DNA of 64,000 nucleotides from a virus (Duplodnaviria; Caudoviricetes): IMG/VR virus record IMGVR_UViG_3300042196_000418; one strand, 5' to 3'. Shown piece by piece: positions 53,249 to 63,545 of this stretch (position 1 is its first letter; each line of letters starts with the position of its first letter). The notes under the pieces were generated by a model. It saw only the letters and a program-made list of their open reading frames with translations, ran no database searches and was not told where the DNA came from. The position numbers and the translations under genes were made by a program.

Positions 53249-53953
53249 TCAGCGTTTCACGAAGAGCGCGCCACCCCCAAGGCCGGGCCCGAAGTAGTTC
53301 GGCAGCTCGGCTTCGCGCTCAGGCTTGTCCCGCAGAAAGACCTCGCAAGCCTTCTTCACACCCGGCAACAGCTCCCACTCGTAGTCGTCAATGACGACAC
53401 GCGCGCCGCTCGACAACTTCGCGTACACCTTGTTGAAGCTGTCGATGATCGACGAGTACATGTCGCCGTCGAAAAAGGCGAACGCGATCGAAGACGGGTA
53501 CTCCGCATCGGGAATCGCGGAGAACCAGCCAGAGTGGACGTGAGACGGGCGTAGACCGCTACGCTCGAAATTCTTGTCGAAGACCTTGCGGGGAGTCATG
53601 CAAAAGCCCTCCTCGAACAAAGGTACATCACCGATCGGTTTGTCCTCTGAGGTCGGAGCAGGCACCCCTTGCCAGGAATCATAGACGTGCAATTCCCGGT
53701 CGTCCTGCCGCAGAGCATCAAGTAGCCGCCGCATCATGATCGTCGTCGTGCCCTGGAAACACCCCAGCTCAACCACGTGCCCCGGAACACCCGCGCGTAC
53801 GACGCGCTCAAGTTCCATCAGCACGTGGTACATCTTGCTCGGCGAGGACTGACCTATCGGCACAGGATGCTCGCCGAGTATCTGCCGCACCAGGTCGTCA
53901 CCCGGGGCAGGAGGCGGCATCATTCCGAAGAGTGGGTGCTGGGCTTTATGCAC
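53249..53953 (-). CDS. TylF/MycF/NovP-family sugar O-methyltransferase
   Basis: VPGHVVELGCFQG, YDSWQG, GWF, FDGDMYSS, VIDDY. Confidence 0.9.
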   Translation of the reverse strand: MHKAQHPLFGMMPPPAPGDDLVRQILGEHPVPIGQSSPSKMYHVLMELERVVRAGVPGHVVELGCFQGTTTIMMRRLLDALRQDDRELHVYDSWQGVPAPTSEDKPIGDVPLFEEGFCMTPRKVFDKNFERSGLRPSHVHSGWFSAIPDAEYPSSIAFAFFDGDMYSSIIDSFNKVYAKLSSGARVVIDDYEWELLPGVKKACEVFLRDKPEREAELPNYFGPGLGGGALFVKR

Positions 53954-53960
53954 GGCGGTC

Positions 53961-54275
53961 CTACTTCACAGCGGACGTGAGTTTTGCATTCTCGACCGTG
54001 AGCGTCGTGACCTGTTCGAGCAGGCTCATGTTCTGCTGGCTGAGCACACGGATCGTGCGTTCAAACAGCTCCGCGTTGCAGTGCATGAGCTTGTTCACGG
54101 GACTCAAGCGATCAGCTAGGGCCACGATGACACGTTGAATCTCGACGGCCATGTCTGGCGTTGACCGTTCCAGATGCCGACGTGCAGCAGCAACCTGTTC
54201 GTCAAGTTCCTGCGGCGTGAGTGGAGGTCTGGCAAGAAGCCACTGTGGGAGCGAACCGATCTGCCTTGCCGTCAT
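53961..54275 (-). CDS. Coiled-coil hypothetical protein
   Basis: Heptad-like C-terminus. Confidence 0.5.
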   Translation of the reverse strand: MTARQIGSLPQWLLARPPLTPQELDEQVAAARRHLERSTPDMAVEIQRVIVALADRLSPVNKLMHCNAELFERTIRVLSQQNMSLLEQVTTLTVENAKLTSAVK

Positions 54276-54344
54276 CGTGCGTCCGAGCCTACTACTCCCC
54301 AGCAGAACAAAACAGAACCGTAGACAGCGGCGGCGGTTAACAGG

Positions 54345-55496
54345 TTACCGCCAAAACTCGTCCGGCACTGCGCTATGCCCGAACGCCCACGACGGCCGAC
54401 CTTCGACCTCGTTCCAGTTGACGTACGGCTCCTTGATCTTCTTCTCGAGGACGGTGATGTTGCTGGCGACGCCATCGACCGCTTCGTTGAACGTCACACG
54501 GCCGATGCTCTCGTGAAACTCCTCGATGACCCGGGTGACGGTCTTGACGTGATGGAGGCCGCGGGTGTCGTGGAACAGCAGATGCCCGCCGATCCGTAGA
54601 TGCGAGAAGCAGCGCAGCGCGAACGCCAGCCGAAGCTCAGCCGCGCCGTCGTTGAACACCAGATCGAACTGCTCGCCTGGCGTCGGATTCCACTGATCGT
54701 AACTCTGCATCGAGACGTGAGGCCGAACGCCCAGCCTCTGGAGGTTTCCCTCGGTCGTCGCGATCCACGCAGGATCGGTGTCCAAGCTCAAGAACCGCGT
54801 GCCAGAGGCGATCGACTGAGCAATGATCTGCGTGCTGCCACCGACACCGAATTCGAGGACCGCGCTCGCTCTCTGCGCGTACGTCTGTATCAGCCTGGCA
54901 TCTTGCGAGCTGAGATCTCCGATGAACTTCGGAGGGAGCTCGCTCGCGAGGCGCTCCCCCTCGAACGTCCAACCAGAGACATCGATGAAGTTCGAAAAGA
55001 CGGTGGTCCAGGGCAGACGGCGCTTGTACGTCGTGCGGTAGCGGAAGAGCCCACTGATCTGGTTGAAGTAGTCTTCGCTGTTCGTGTCGTGGGCCACGAC
55101 AACCTGCGCGAGCTGCGCGAGCTGCCTGATGTCGACGATCCGCTGCTCGACAGGTGCGTGATCGACAAAGGCGATCGCGTAGGGCAGCTCATCGCCTTCG
55201 AGGGGTCGTACCGGGTCAAGTTCGCTCCACGAACGCATGTACCCAATCGCATGGTTGTTCGAGCGAAGATGCTCGAACCGCTCGAACCACTCGCGGTCGC
55301 TCTCGAGCGTGACGATCCGCCTACCCGTCGCCAGCGAAACCTCATGCAAAGGCAGCGTACTGCCCTCACCAGCTCCCAGCTCCAAGACAATGCCGTCCGG
55401 GACGCGGAGCACCGCTTCACACAACACAGGGCGATGCGTCTCGTAGGAATTGCGGACACCAGCGAAAGCTGCACGGATGATGCGTTCTGTATTCAC
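54345..55496 (-). CDS. Tandem two-domain SAM methyltransferase
   Basis: VLELGAGEGST...AHDT and VLEFGVGGST...FHDT. Confidence 0.85.
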   Translation of the reverse strand: MNTERIIRAAFAGVRNSYETHRPVLCEAVLRVPDGIVLELGAGEGSTLPLHEVSLATGRRIVTLESDREWFERFEHLRSNNHAIGYMRSWSELDPVRPLEGDELPYAIAFVDHAPVEQRIVDIRQLAQLAQVVVAHDTNSEDYFNQISGLFRYRTTYKRRLPWTTVFSNFIDVSGWTFEGERLASELPPKFIGDLSSQDARLIQTYAQRASAVLEFGVGGSTQIIAQSIASGTRFLSLDTDPAWIATTEGNLQRLGVRPHVSMQSYDQWNPTPGEQFDLVFNDGAAELRLAFALRCFSHLRIGGHLLFHDTRGLHHVKTVTRVIEEFHESIGRVTFNEAVDGVASNITVLEKKIKEPYVNWNEVEGRPSWAFGHSAVPDEFWR

Positions 55497-55560
55497 GTAA
55501 AATTCCTTCGTGGGCCACGGCGTTCGTTGAGTGCTTATCCGATTGTCCGGTTATCACCCA

Positions 55561-55803
55561 TCACAGCAACCCTGCCTTCTTAGCCACGTCGATCACGTTG
55601 TCCAGCATGTACTGCATTCGTTCGAGCGCTGCTTTCGTTGCGCGCTTGGCAGATGCGGGTGACTTCTTGGGGTCAGGCCAAGAATCCTTGTCGGTTCCAG
55701 AACAAATCTCGATTCCGGTGTCAGTCAAGATCCTTGCTTCAATGGTCGTATCGTTGTTCCCGACGTGGCTGGTCTCAAACTTCGTAACGATCTCGATCTT
55801 CAT
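55561..55803 (-). CDS. Small hypothetical protein
   Basis: 80 aa, lower GC than neighbours, GGGAG upstream. Confidence 0.6.
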   Translation of the reverse strand: MKIEIVTKFETSHVGNNDTTIEARILTDTGIEICSGTDKDSWPDPKKSPASAKRATKAALERMQYMLDNVIDVAKKAGLL

Positions 55804-55845
55804 GCTTCATGACTCCCTGGGCGACAATCGAATAAGCATGCTTCG

Positions 55846-56790
55846 TTACCGCAGGACAGTCTCCAACAGCGTCTTCATTCGGTTCGTGTACGTGTGGTGC
55901 TGCCGAACGGCTTCGAACGTGCGATCCGCGTGCTCGCGGCGTTCTTGGTCATTAGCCAGGAAGTAGTCGATCTTCGATTGCAGATCCACGAGGTCGCGCG
56001 GGCGATACGTGACGAGCCCCGGGATATCCAGGCCCTCGACAGCGGGATGAATGAGAAACCCGCCACGGCCCAGAGTCTCGGGGACGCGATCACTCCAGTA
56101 CCTCGGGATCCCCGCGAAGCACGAGTCGCCAACGACCACCTTGACGCTCGCGTAGAGGTCGTTGAGCCGCCCCTCGCGGAACACACCTGTCGTGTCCCCG
56201 TTGAAACGTCGAAAACGTGCGCCGTAGGTTTGCTCGAGCCATCGGATCAGTTCGCCGCGGAACGGGTACTCGGGGTGGTAGTCCCGGGCACCGACGAAGG
56301 CTACGTCCGTCGCGAGCTCGGGGCGGGCCGTTCCACGAAAACAACCGCGCTCGACGACCGCTGCCGGCAGCCAGATGTGGTTGACACCGCGCGACGAAAA
56401 CTCCTGCTGACGGCCACCATCGGCCGTGAAGACGTAGTCGGTCTTCCAGAAGGCATGGTCACCGACGCGATCTTGCCGCGCGTCGAGAGCGTTCAAGCCC
56501 CAGTATAGGTCCAAGTGAAAGCTGGCGGTCTTGATGTCGCGCTTGCGTAGCTTCTTGAACAGACGCTCCAGTGACAACTCGCCGGGCGTTGTCCAGCCGT
56601 GCGTGTGCACGTACAGCAGCAACGCGGCGTGCTCACGCTTGCACGACTTGTAGATGTCCTCGGTCTTGTCACGGTTCTCCTGGAAGCGAAGCACGCGACG
56701 CCCCAGGTGCTCTAACGTCCAGGCCAGCTCTGACTCGGTGCTGTAGCTCTCGGAGTGGTTGCCAAGCAGTGCGACGGTTTGCTTACCCAT
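55846..56790 (-). CDS. CgeB-like GT-B glycosyltransferase
   Basis: DVAFVG, LNDLYASVKVVVGD, YWSDRVPETLGRGGFL, HTYTNR. Confidence 0.85.
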   Translation of the reverse strand: MGKQTVALLGNHSESYSTESELAWTLEHLGRRVLRFQENRDKTEDIYKSCKREHAALLLYVHTHGWTTPGELSLERLFKKLRKRDIKTASFHLDLYWGLNALDARQDRVGDHAFWKTDYVFTADGGRQQEFSSRGVNHIWLPAAVVERGCFRGTARPELATDVAFVGARDYHPEYPFRGELIRWLEQTYGARFRRFNGDTTGVFREGRLNDLYASVKVVVGDSCFAGIPRYWSDRVPETLGRGGFLIHPAVEGLDIPGLVTYRPRDLVDLQSKIDYFLANDQERREHADRTFEAVRQHHTYTNRMKTLLETVLR

Positions 56791-57688
56791 TGACGACCTC
56801 CAAGATGCGAGCACGGAAGCTCGATCGCTCCTGCTCGAAGTGTGCGCGCGACGCACGAGAAATCTCCTGAATCCGCGTCGACGACAGCTTCGCTACGTGC
56901 CGAACACGATCGATCACGGCCTCGGCCGTGACCTCGTGCAACCGCGCCAGGCACATGTTTGCGCCCAGGGTCGTCGGCACGAGGAGATCCTTCGGCAACG
57001 ACAGCTCGTTCATGGGCGGACCATCGCTCGTAACGACGACTGCACCCACACCCATCGCCTCGTGAATGTAGTGCCCAAAGCCTTCGTACTTGCTCGGACA
57101 CAGATGGAACTGGCGGCTGTTCATGAGCTGCCGCAGCTTATCGTCAGACACGCGCTCGTACGCCTTCACGTGAGGCAACTTCGATGCCTGTCGATAGTAG
57201 TACGGCGAGACGACCGTCAATCGGTACGGAAGCTTCTTCCATGCCTTGAGGATCGCCTCCGTGTTCTTGAGCTGGCTGTTGCCGGCCAGGTGCAAGAACC
57301 TCGGCTTGCGCTCGACGTCGGCCTGGTACAAATCGCGCGACATGAAGCCGACGTAGCACGCGCGATCGCCAGCGAGCTTTCGAAACAGCTCGTAGGCATG
57401 GTGGGTCTTGCACAAAACGCGCGTGACGGCAGGCAGCGCACGCTGGTACTCGTCGTGCCACCACTCGGGGTTCGGCATGACCCAGTTCTCGGGCGAAGCA
57501 CTGAAGACCGAGGGCACCACGGTCTCGAGGAACAGGTTCACGTCAGCCGGTGGACAGCGCGACGTATTCTGGAAATCGACGCCGGTCACGGCGTGCCCTG
57601 CGGGAATGAGTATGTCGCGAAGGATCTCGTACTCGCGCTGGAGCCCCACTCCGTTGGCGAGGTTGGTGATGATGTTGAAACGCGTCAT
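56783..57688 (-). CDS. GT4-like glycosyltransferase
   Basis: FLHLAGNSQLK, CPSKYEGFGHYIHEAMGVG (EX7E). Confidence 0.85.
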   Translation of the reverse strand: MTRFNIITNLANGVGLQREYEILRDILIPAGHAVTGVDFQNTSRCPPADVNLFLETVVPSVFSASPENWVMPNPEWWHDEYQRALPAVTRVLCKTHHAYELFRKLAGDRACYVGFMSRDLYQADVERKPRFLHLAGNSQLKNTEAILKAWKKLPYRLTVVSPYYYRQASKLPHVKAYERVSDDKLRQLMNSRQFHLCPSKYEGFGHYIHEAMGVGAVVVTSDGPPMNELSLPKDLLVPTTLGANMCLARLHEVTAEAVIDRVRHVAKLSSTRIQEISRASRAHFEQERSSFRARILEVVNG

Positions 57689-58620
57689 GCGGGGTTACGA
57701 GCGTGATCCTCTAGTTCCTGCATGTCGATGTGCGCATCTCGAATCGGACTGTCGTCGTACCAGTCACGATAGTCGTAGCCCGGATCCGGTTTCGGAAACG
57801 ACTGGCCACGCGAGAGCGTCTTGCGCAACGCCACGAGGTCAGGCGTGAACTCCGTGCGCGAGCGCTTGAAGAAACGTGTTTGTAGGGCCTGGCGCTTGTT
57901 GTTCGGCGCTTGTCCCTTGTCTTGCCGTGGGAAATGCACCGGATGCAGAAAGCCACGAGGGTCGTGGCGATCCTGCTCTACAGCCATCTCGGGAACGAAG
58001 TCGAGTCGATATCCTGCGTTGCTGAGCATCTGCCCGAATACGCAATCTTCAACACCGACGGGATCACAGCCCTCCTCGAACCCGTTGACCTTGAGCGCCC
58101 ACTTGAGCGGCAGCCCTAGATTGCAGCCGTAGCTCCACGCCGGCAGACATTTCTTCTTCCCCTTCGGATGGGACTCGCGGCGATGGTCCATCGAGATCCC
58201 GCCGTTCCAATGCTTGGTGTAAGAACCGCAGAGCACCGCTTCGTGTTTCCTCTCCCCACGCCGAACCGCGTCGAGCCAACCCGAGCCGAGCTTGCAGCGA
58301 TCGTCCAGGAAGCAAATGTACTCTGTCGTGCAGAGAGCGATGGCCGTGTTGCGTGCGTTCGCGTTGGCGAAGAAGTCGTGCGCTGTGATGCGCTGCTCCC
58401 CCTGCCAAAGGGTCGGTTTAGGCTTGGTCTGGACGAGCTTCTTTATCTCTTTGACCGGCCGGTAACCGATCGCGGTGGCCGGGCGACCAAGGGCGTCGAC
58501 GACGATCAGCTCGATCTTGTCCTCCGATCGAGCCTGCTTTTCGATGCCGTCACAGAGCCACTCGAGATGAGGCTCCTCCCGCGCGGTGATATAGGCGACG
58601 GTGAACTTCATATCGATCAC
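57685..58620 (-). CDS. GT2/GT-A glycosyltransferase
   Basis: LIVVD, ARNTAI, ICFLDD, VNGFEE, ED. Confidence 0.8.
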   Translation of the reverse strand: MIDMKFTVAYITAREEPHLEWLCDGIEKQARSEDKIELIVVDALGRPATAIGYRPVKEIKKLVQTKPKPTLWQGEQRITAHDFFANANARNTAIALCTTEYICFLDDRCKLGSGWLDAVRRGERKHEAVLCGSYTKHWNGGISMDHRRESHPKGKKKCLPAWSYGCNLGLPLKWALKVNGFEEGCDPVGVEDCVFGQMLSNAGYRLDFVPEMAVEQDRHDPRGFLHPVHFPRQDKGQAPNNKRQALQTRFFKRSRTEFTPDLVALRKTLSRGQSFPKPDPGYDYRDWYDDSPIRDAHIDMQELEDHARNPA

Positions 58621-59702
58621 CCGATCGGCTGAAGGATCTCCAGCACGGCCGACAGTGCCGTCTCACCCACGCAACAATCCATGTCATCGACACCAAACGA
58701 AACCACGACACGCTCGCCGTCGATCGCCAACCCCGCGGCGAACTCGATCCCGTTGGGCACCAACTTCATGGGAACACTTGCTGACTTCATACTGCCTCGC
58801 GAGTCGACCAAATACCAAACGTGCCAGTAATACTTCAATTTATCGACGAACTTCATCGCGTGGCCGACACCGAGCCATGCGTCATCGCCCACACGCACGA
58901 GCTGCGTCCCACCGCGTAGACCTTCGTAGCTCCGTCCTCCCACGGTCAGATTCGCGCGGTCCCGTTCACGCTTCTTCTTGCGCTCGTCACGCGTTCGCTC
59001 CTCGCGCTCCTCTTCGGATTCCTGTGCGCGCTCCTGCGCTCGACGCACGGCCCGCTGTGGCGTCTCGAAGGTCCGGCGCGAGCGCGTCGACGGATGCACC
59101 AGCGCGTCCTCGTAACGAAGCTCGCCGCGCTCGTCGAACAGCATTCCTTTGTCGATCGCATAAAGGAAGCGAGGTTCTGCACAACGGTCGAACGGCACCC
59201 AGTTTTTTTGCGGTGCGTAGCTGAACGCCTCGCCCCGGATCGGACGGGCCTGCACGACATTGTATTCGGCGTCGAACCAGAGCAGCACCTGCTCGGCGAT
59301 CTGCTTTCTCCGGTCGTTCCGCTGAAGGTGGAGCGCCGCCGCTACCCCCTGGAGTCCGTCCTTGTCCGTCCAGAAGAGCCGAACATCCTCGTATCCCACG
59401 CTGCCCGCGCTCGCACGCGGCAGCTCGTCGCGCTCGCGCATCTTGTAGATCTCGACGGGTTTCCATGACCGCGGATCGAAGATGACCATCGCGTTCTTGG
59501 TCCGCGACTCACCCGGCTTCGCCTTGCTACTTCGGATCAACGTGCCACCAGGCATTGCGTAATCCGAACAGCGCAGCACGCACCGCCAGAGCTGACCGTC
59601 GAAGTGAATCGACGGATTCATCGACCACATCTCTTTGTGCGGCCGAAAGGAGATGTCCGTGATCCTCCAAGGAATGAGTTCGTCGGCTCTCTTCACGTTC
59701 AC
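58617..59702 (-). CDS. Beta-propeller glycosidase/phosphorylase-like protein with charged insert
   Basis: NPSI, GYEDVRLF, QKNWVPF, LRGGTQL, IEFAAGL, SFGVDD. Confidence 0.75.
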   Translation of the reverse strand: MNVKRADELIPWRITDISFRPHKEMWSMNPSIHFDGQLWRCVLRCSDYAMPGGTLIRSSKAKPGESRTKNAMVIFDPRSWKPVEIYKMRERDELPRASAGSVGYEDVRLFWTDKDGLQGVAAALHLQRNDRRKQIAEQVLLWFDAEYNVVQARPIRGEAFSYAPQKNWVPFDRCAEPRFLYAIDKGMLFDERGELRYEDALVHPSTRSRRTFETPQRAVRRAQERAQESEEEREERTRDERKKKRERDRANLTVGGRSYEGLRGGTQLVRVGDDAWLGVGHAMKFVDKLKYYWHVWYLVDSRGSMKSASVPMKLVPNGIEFAAGLAIDGERVVVSFGVDDMDCCVGETALSAVLEILQPIG

Positions 59703-60997
59703 CCCCCGATCGGCCGCAACAGCTCCATGACCGCGGACAGCCGGGTCTCACCGAGGCGGCAATGCATGTCGTCGACACCGAACGAAACAACGACACGATC
59801 ACCATCGATCGCCATCCCGGCAGCAAACTCGATGCCCTCCGGCGCGAGCTTCATCGACTCGCTGGTGGCCGTCATCTTGCCGCCCGAGTCGACGCAATAA
59901 AACACGTGCCAGTAATACTTCTTGCCATCGACGAACTTCATCTCGTGGCCCACGCCGAGCCACGAGTCCTCGGCCACGCGTACGAGCTGCGTCCCACCGC
60001 GGAGCCCGTTGTACTTCGGCAAGAGCATCCGACCCGAGCCCATGACTCGCGTGGAGTCGCTGCTGTGCCTTTGCGTGCCTCGCTGCTGCTGCGCAGAATG
60101 CGTCGCCGGTCGCGACGACGGCCGCGAGACCATCGCGTCGAGCTTGATCCGTCCACCGCGCACGATGCGAACGTCACCGCCTCGAATCCGCGGCAGCTTG
60201 CGCTCCGGCGCCTTCGCACGCTTGCCCTGATCACGATCGCGCTGATCCTGGTCCTGGTTGTGCTGCGGCGGAGGCGGCGGCGGCGGCGGCTCGGGCAGAG
60301 GTCCTGCCTCAACATCACCCAGCGCGCTCGGCTCGCTCGGCGCCTCACGAACCCGCGCCGATGGGCTGACGCGTGCCTCGTCACCGTGCAATGTCCCGCG
60401 ATCGCCGAACATCGTGCCCTTGTCGATCGAATACAAGAAACGAGGTTCCGTGCTGTGGTCGAACGGCACCCAATTCTTCTGGGGCGTGCCGCTCCACCCG
60501 TCGCCGCGGATCGGATGTGCGCCGACGATATCGTAGTTGTCGTCGAACGAAAGCAACACCTGCTCGGGCGGCTGGTGCTGCGGCTTCATCCCAGATGCAG
60601 CGGTGCGAGGCTCGCGATCACGCCTGAGGTGGAGCGCGGCGGCGATCCCTTGCAGTCCACCCTTGTCCGTCTTGAACAGCCGCATGTCCTCGTAACCCAC
60701 GTGAGGACACGACTCGCGGACCAGGCGGTCGTTCTCGTGCATCTTGAACACCTGAACAGCCTTCCACGATCTCGGATCGAAGATGACCATCGCGTTCTTG
60801 GTCTGCTGCCCTGTCGACCGCGCGCTCTTGCTCCGAATCGTCGTACCGTCGGGCATCGCGTAGTCACAGCAGCGCAGAACGCAGCGCCAAGTGTCACCGT
60901 CAAAGTGAATCGACGGATTGAAGGACCAGTAACCGTCGTACGGACGAATCGAAATATCCGTGACCATCCACGGGATAACGTCCTGGGCAGCCTTCAT
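59699..60997 (-). CDS. Beta-propeller paralogue with Pro/Gln/Arg-rich insert
   Basis: Same motifs, highly similar to 58617-59702. Confidence 0.75.
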   Translation of the reverse strand: MKAAQDVIPWMVTDISIRPYDGYWSFNPSIHFDGDTWRCVLRCCDYAMPDGTTIRSKSARSTGQQTKNAMVIFDPRSWKAVQVFKMHENDRLVRESCPHVGYEDMRLFKTDKGGLQGIAAALHLRRDREPRTAASGMKPQHQPPEQVLLSFDDNYDIVGAHPIRGDGWSGTPQKNWVPFDHSTEPRFLYSIDKGTMFGDRGTLHGDEARVSPSARVREAPSEPSALGDVEAGPLPEPPPPPPPPQHNQDQDQRDRDQGKRAKAPERKLPRIRGGDVRIVRGGRIKLDAMVSRPSSRPATHSAQQQRGTQRHSSDSTRVMGSGRMLLPKYNGLRGGTQLVRVAEDSWLGVGHEMKFVDGKKYYWHVFYCVDSGGKMTATSESMKLAPEGIEFAAGMAIDGDRVVVSFGVDDMHCRLGETRLSAVMELLRPIGG

Positions 60998-61318
60998 GGA
61001 TGAGCTTGTTTTCTCACGAAATCGCTACAGCCCGCACGCCCTGAGATCCCTTGCACGCGGGAAGGAAGATCTCGCCCGGCGTACTGGATGCGCGGCAGGC
61101 GATCCTCTTGATCCACTTGCACGCTTGCGCGCCCCATCTTCACCGCGCTACGTTGATCTTGGCACCTACCGGGATGCCTGAGCCCCATCGACCAGCCGCA
61201 CCCTGGTCGCTCCACGGGGGATGAAGGGGATGACCCGCCGGGATGTGCTCTTGAATCTCTCTCTGCTCGAACGAGCGATCGGTGCGGGACAGCTCGAACG
61301 AGACGATGAGAGGTTTCA

Positions 61319-63457
61319 ATGAGCGACGACAAGAAGCGTGATCGTGCGTTGCAGCGCCGCGTGCGCGAACGCCAGGCCAAAACCGGCGAGAGCTATCAAA
61401 CCGCGTGGCGACAGCTGACGGCTGACGCGACGCAGGATCCCTCCAGCAAGCCCGAAACTCCCAAGACCGCTCGCCGTGTCCCTTTACCAATGGGCACCGC
61501 CATCAAAGTCCTGCCTGGCCAAGTTGTGCTGATCACGGTGCGGCCTCAACTCAAGTCGTTTTGGCCCGAGCGTCTTTTAATCAAGAACGCTGATCGTTGG
61601 AACGTCAAGCGTCTCGCTGTCGAGCATCGGAACTCGTTACTTGAAGCTGGACCTCGTACGTCCACAACCTTCTCGCTAGACACGTGGCACCCACTCACTG
61701 CGCGAGAAGTTCACTGCGGCGAGGACGTCAGCGTAGAGGTGACTTACACCGGCCTCAACAAGGATGGCGAATCCTTCGAGGCCGCCTTGTTCGGCTGGGA
61801 GGGCGATCCTCCTGCAAAGTCAACGGATCGCGACAACGCGGATCGCTCGGAACGTGTTTCAGAACGCGCAGAATCTTCAAGCGTGCCTGGAGCGAACAGT
61901 CCAGTCATCGAGCTGCCGTTGATCGTCACGTCCCCTACTCTCTTCGTAGATCGCCTCACGATCACGGACGCGAAAGACTGGATCGTGCATGACATCCGAA
62001 CGCGCGGGAAATCAATCTTCGTGCAGAGTGGAGATCTGCCCGGGGAGATGTTCTCGGAGTCCGCACATGTAATCTTGGAGCCACTGACCGCGGATGACCG
62101 TGTCCTGGTCCTGGCGACCTATGTCGGAAAGGACACGACCGCACGTCTCGTGGTCACGCTATCGGGCACGACAGCGCCTCCGAACAGCCCACGCGTGTGC
62201 AGCTACTTCTTGCCAATGTCTACAGGCATTCCAATCTTGCCCGCACAAAGCGCGCAGATCACGGGTCGCCCCCAGTCGAACTTTCTGCCAGAGCGCCTGG
62301 TCATCGCTGACCCAGACGACTGGATCATCAACGACATCAAGGCAGGAATTCGCAGTCAGCTCGCCGCCGTTGGTGACATTCCAGGCCAAGCTTTCTCTAG
62401 CCGCACCGTCGGCGGTCACGTGACGCTCGATCCCGTACGAAGAAGCCAGGACTTCATCGTAGTCGTGACGCGCGGAGAAGACTGCAAGAAGGGCGCAAGT
62501 TTCTTCTGTGGTGTTCAAGGACGTGTGTTGCAGCACAACGAGCACGAACGCCAAACAGAAACCGACGAGCAGCTAGTTACCGCGACCGAGATCAACGCTG
62601 AGGCTAACACCATCGCCCGACGCCTCGTCCTTCCGCTCCATCTTCCTCATGTGCCGCCGCACCAACCGACACGCGTGACTGCTCGTACGGACAACGCCAT
62701 GGACATTCACAGCATTCACATATCGAGCGCCGGTACGAACGGTGGCGCCGCCGCTTGGGTCGTGAACGACATCGAGATCGATGGTCGATCGCAGCTCACG
62801 CTCAAAGATCTGCCCGGCGCCTTGTTTGGGGGCAACGGCGTCGCGGCTGCGAAACACGCAACGGCCAAGCTTTCGCTGGAAGGCTTCGATCCCGTAGAGC
62901 GAAATCGCGAACTGGCCCTTATCGTGACCTATGTTGGTCCCAATCCTGAGGGGGCAGTCTTCTACGCCGCTGCCGTGGGCTTCAAGCCGCCGCAACGGCC
63001 CACCATTGTACCCATCGCATCAAAGTCTCCACTTCCACCGATAACGGAAGCAACGATCACGGCACGTATTCAAAACGCGCCCTTCCAGATGACCAGGATC
63101 GAGATCGACGCCGGACACACCCCAGGTGGAGCGGCTGACTGGATCGTTAAAGATCTACGCATCAACGGGAGAACCCAATTCGCGCAGTCTGGTGACATCC
63201 CAGGAGATATGTTCGCGAGCAGCGCGATCGACACCTTCGTCAAGATGGAGGCTTGCGAAGCTGGCAATGCGATCGAGATTGACGTGACCTATATCGGGCT
63301 GAATGAAAGCGGCGCTATTTTTTCCGCACGGCTCGAAGGCGTCGTCACGCGAGGCGACTACAACGTCCCGCCACCAGACTTGAACGTGCTCGTTGAGACA
63401 TCCGGTCAGGGTCCTGGAGAATTCGTCGTCGCGACATGCAACTGGCGCGCGCCGTAA
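61319..63457 (+). CDS. 712-aa protein with five copies of an unrecognised beta-rich domain
   Basis: N-terminal RRVRERQAKTGESYQTA helix; recurring DWIVxDI...SQ...GDxPGxxF...VTYxG...F.A..G. Confidence 0.85.
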   Translation: MSDDKKRDRALQRRVRERQAKTGESYQTAWRQLTADATQDPSSKPETPKTARRVPLPMGTAIKVLPGQVVLITVRPQLKSFWPERLLIKNADRWNVKRLAVEHRNSLLEAGPRTSTTFSLDTWHPLTAREVHCGEDVSVEVTYTGLNKDGESFEAALFGWEGDPPAKSTDRDNADRSERVSERAESSSVPGANSPVIELPLIVTSPTLFVDRLTITDAKDWIVHDIRTRGKSIFVQSGDLPGEMFSESAHVILEPLTADDRVLVLATYVGKDTTARLVVTLSGTTAPPNSPRVCSYFLPMSTGIPILPAQSAQITGRPQSNFLPERLVIADPDDWIINDIKAGIRSQLAAVGDIPGQAFSSRTVGGHVTLDPVRRSQDFIVVVTRGEDCKKGASFFCGVQGRVLQHNEHERQTETDEQLVTATEINAEANTIARRLVLPLHLPHVPPHQPTRVTARTDNAMDIHSIHISSAGTNGGAAAWVVNDIEIDGRSQLTLKDLPGALFGGNGVAAAKHATAKLSLEGFDPVERNRELALIVTYVGPNPEGAVFYAAAVGFKPPQRPTIVPIASKSPLPPITEATITARIQNAPFQMTRIEIDAGHTPGGAADWIVKDLRINGRTQFAQSGDIPGDMFASSAIDTFVKMEACEAGNAIEIDVTYIGLNESGAIFSARLEGVVTRGDYNVPPPDLNVLVETSGQGPGEFVVATCNWRAP

Positions 63458-63545
63458 CTTCACCCCGTTCACTGCCGTGTGCTTTGTCGAAAGCGTTACT
63501 TGAGTTCGCGAAGAGCCGGTAGCAGCAGCAAATGATCCAGCACGA

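Noticed and set aside
54600-61003. Plus-strand ORFs of 327, 315 and 413 aa
   Set aside because: Shadows of the methyltransferase, GT and propeller genes
60994-61318. Small minus-strand ORFs in the divergent spacer
   Set aside because: No convincing frame or motif
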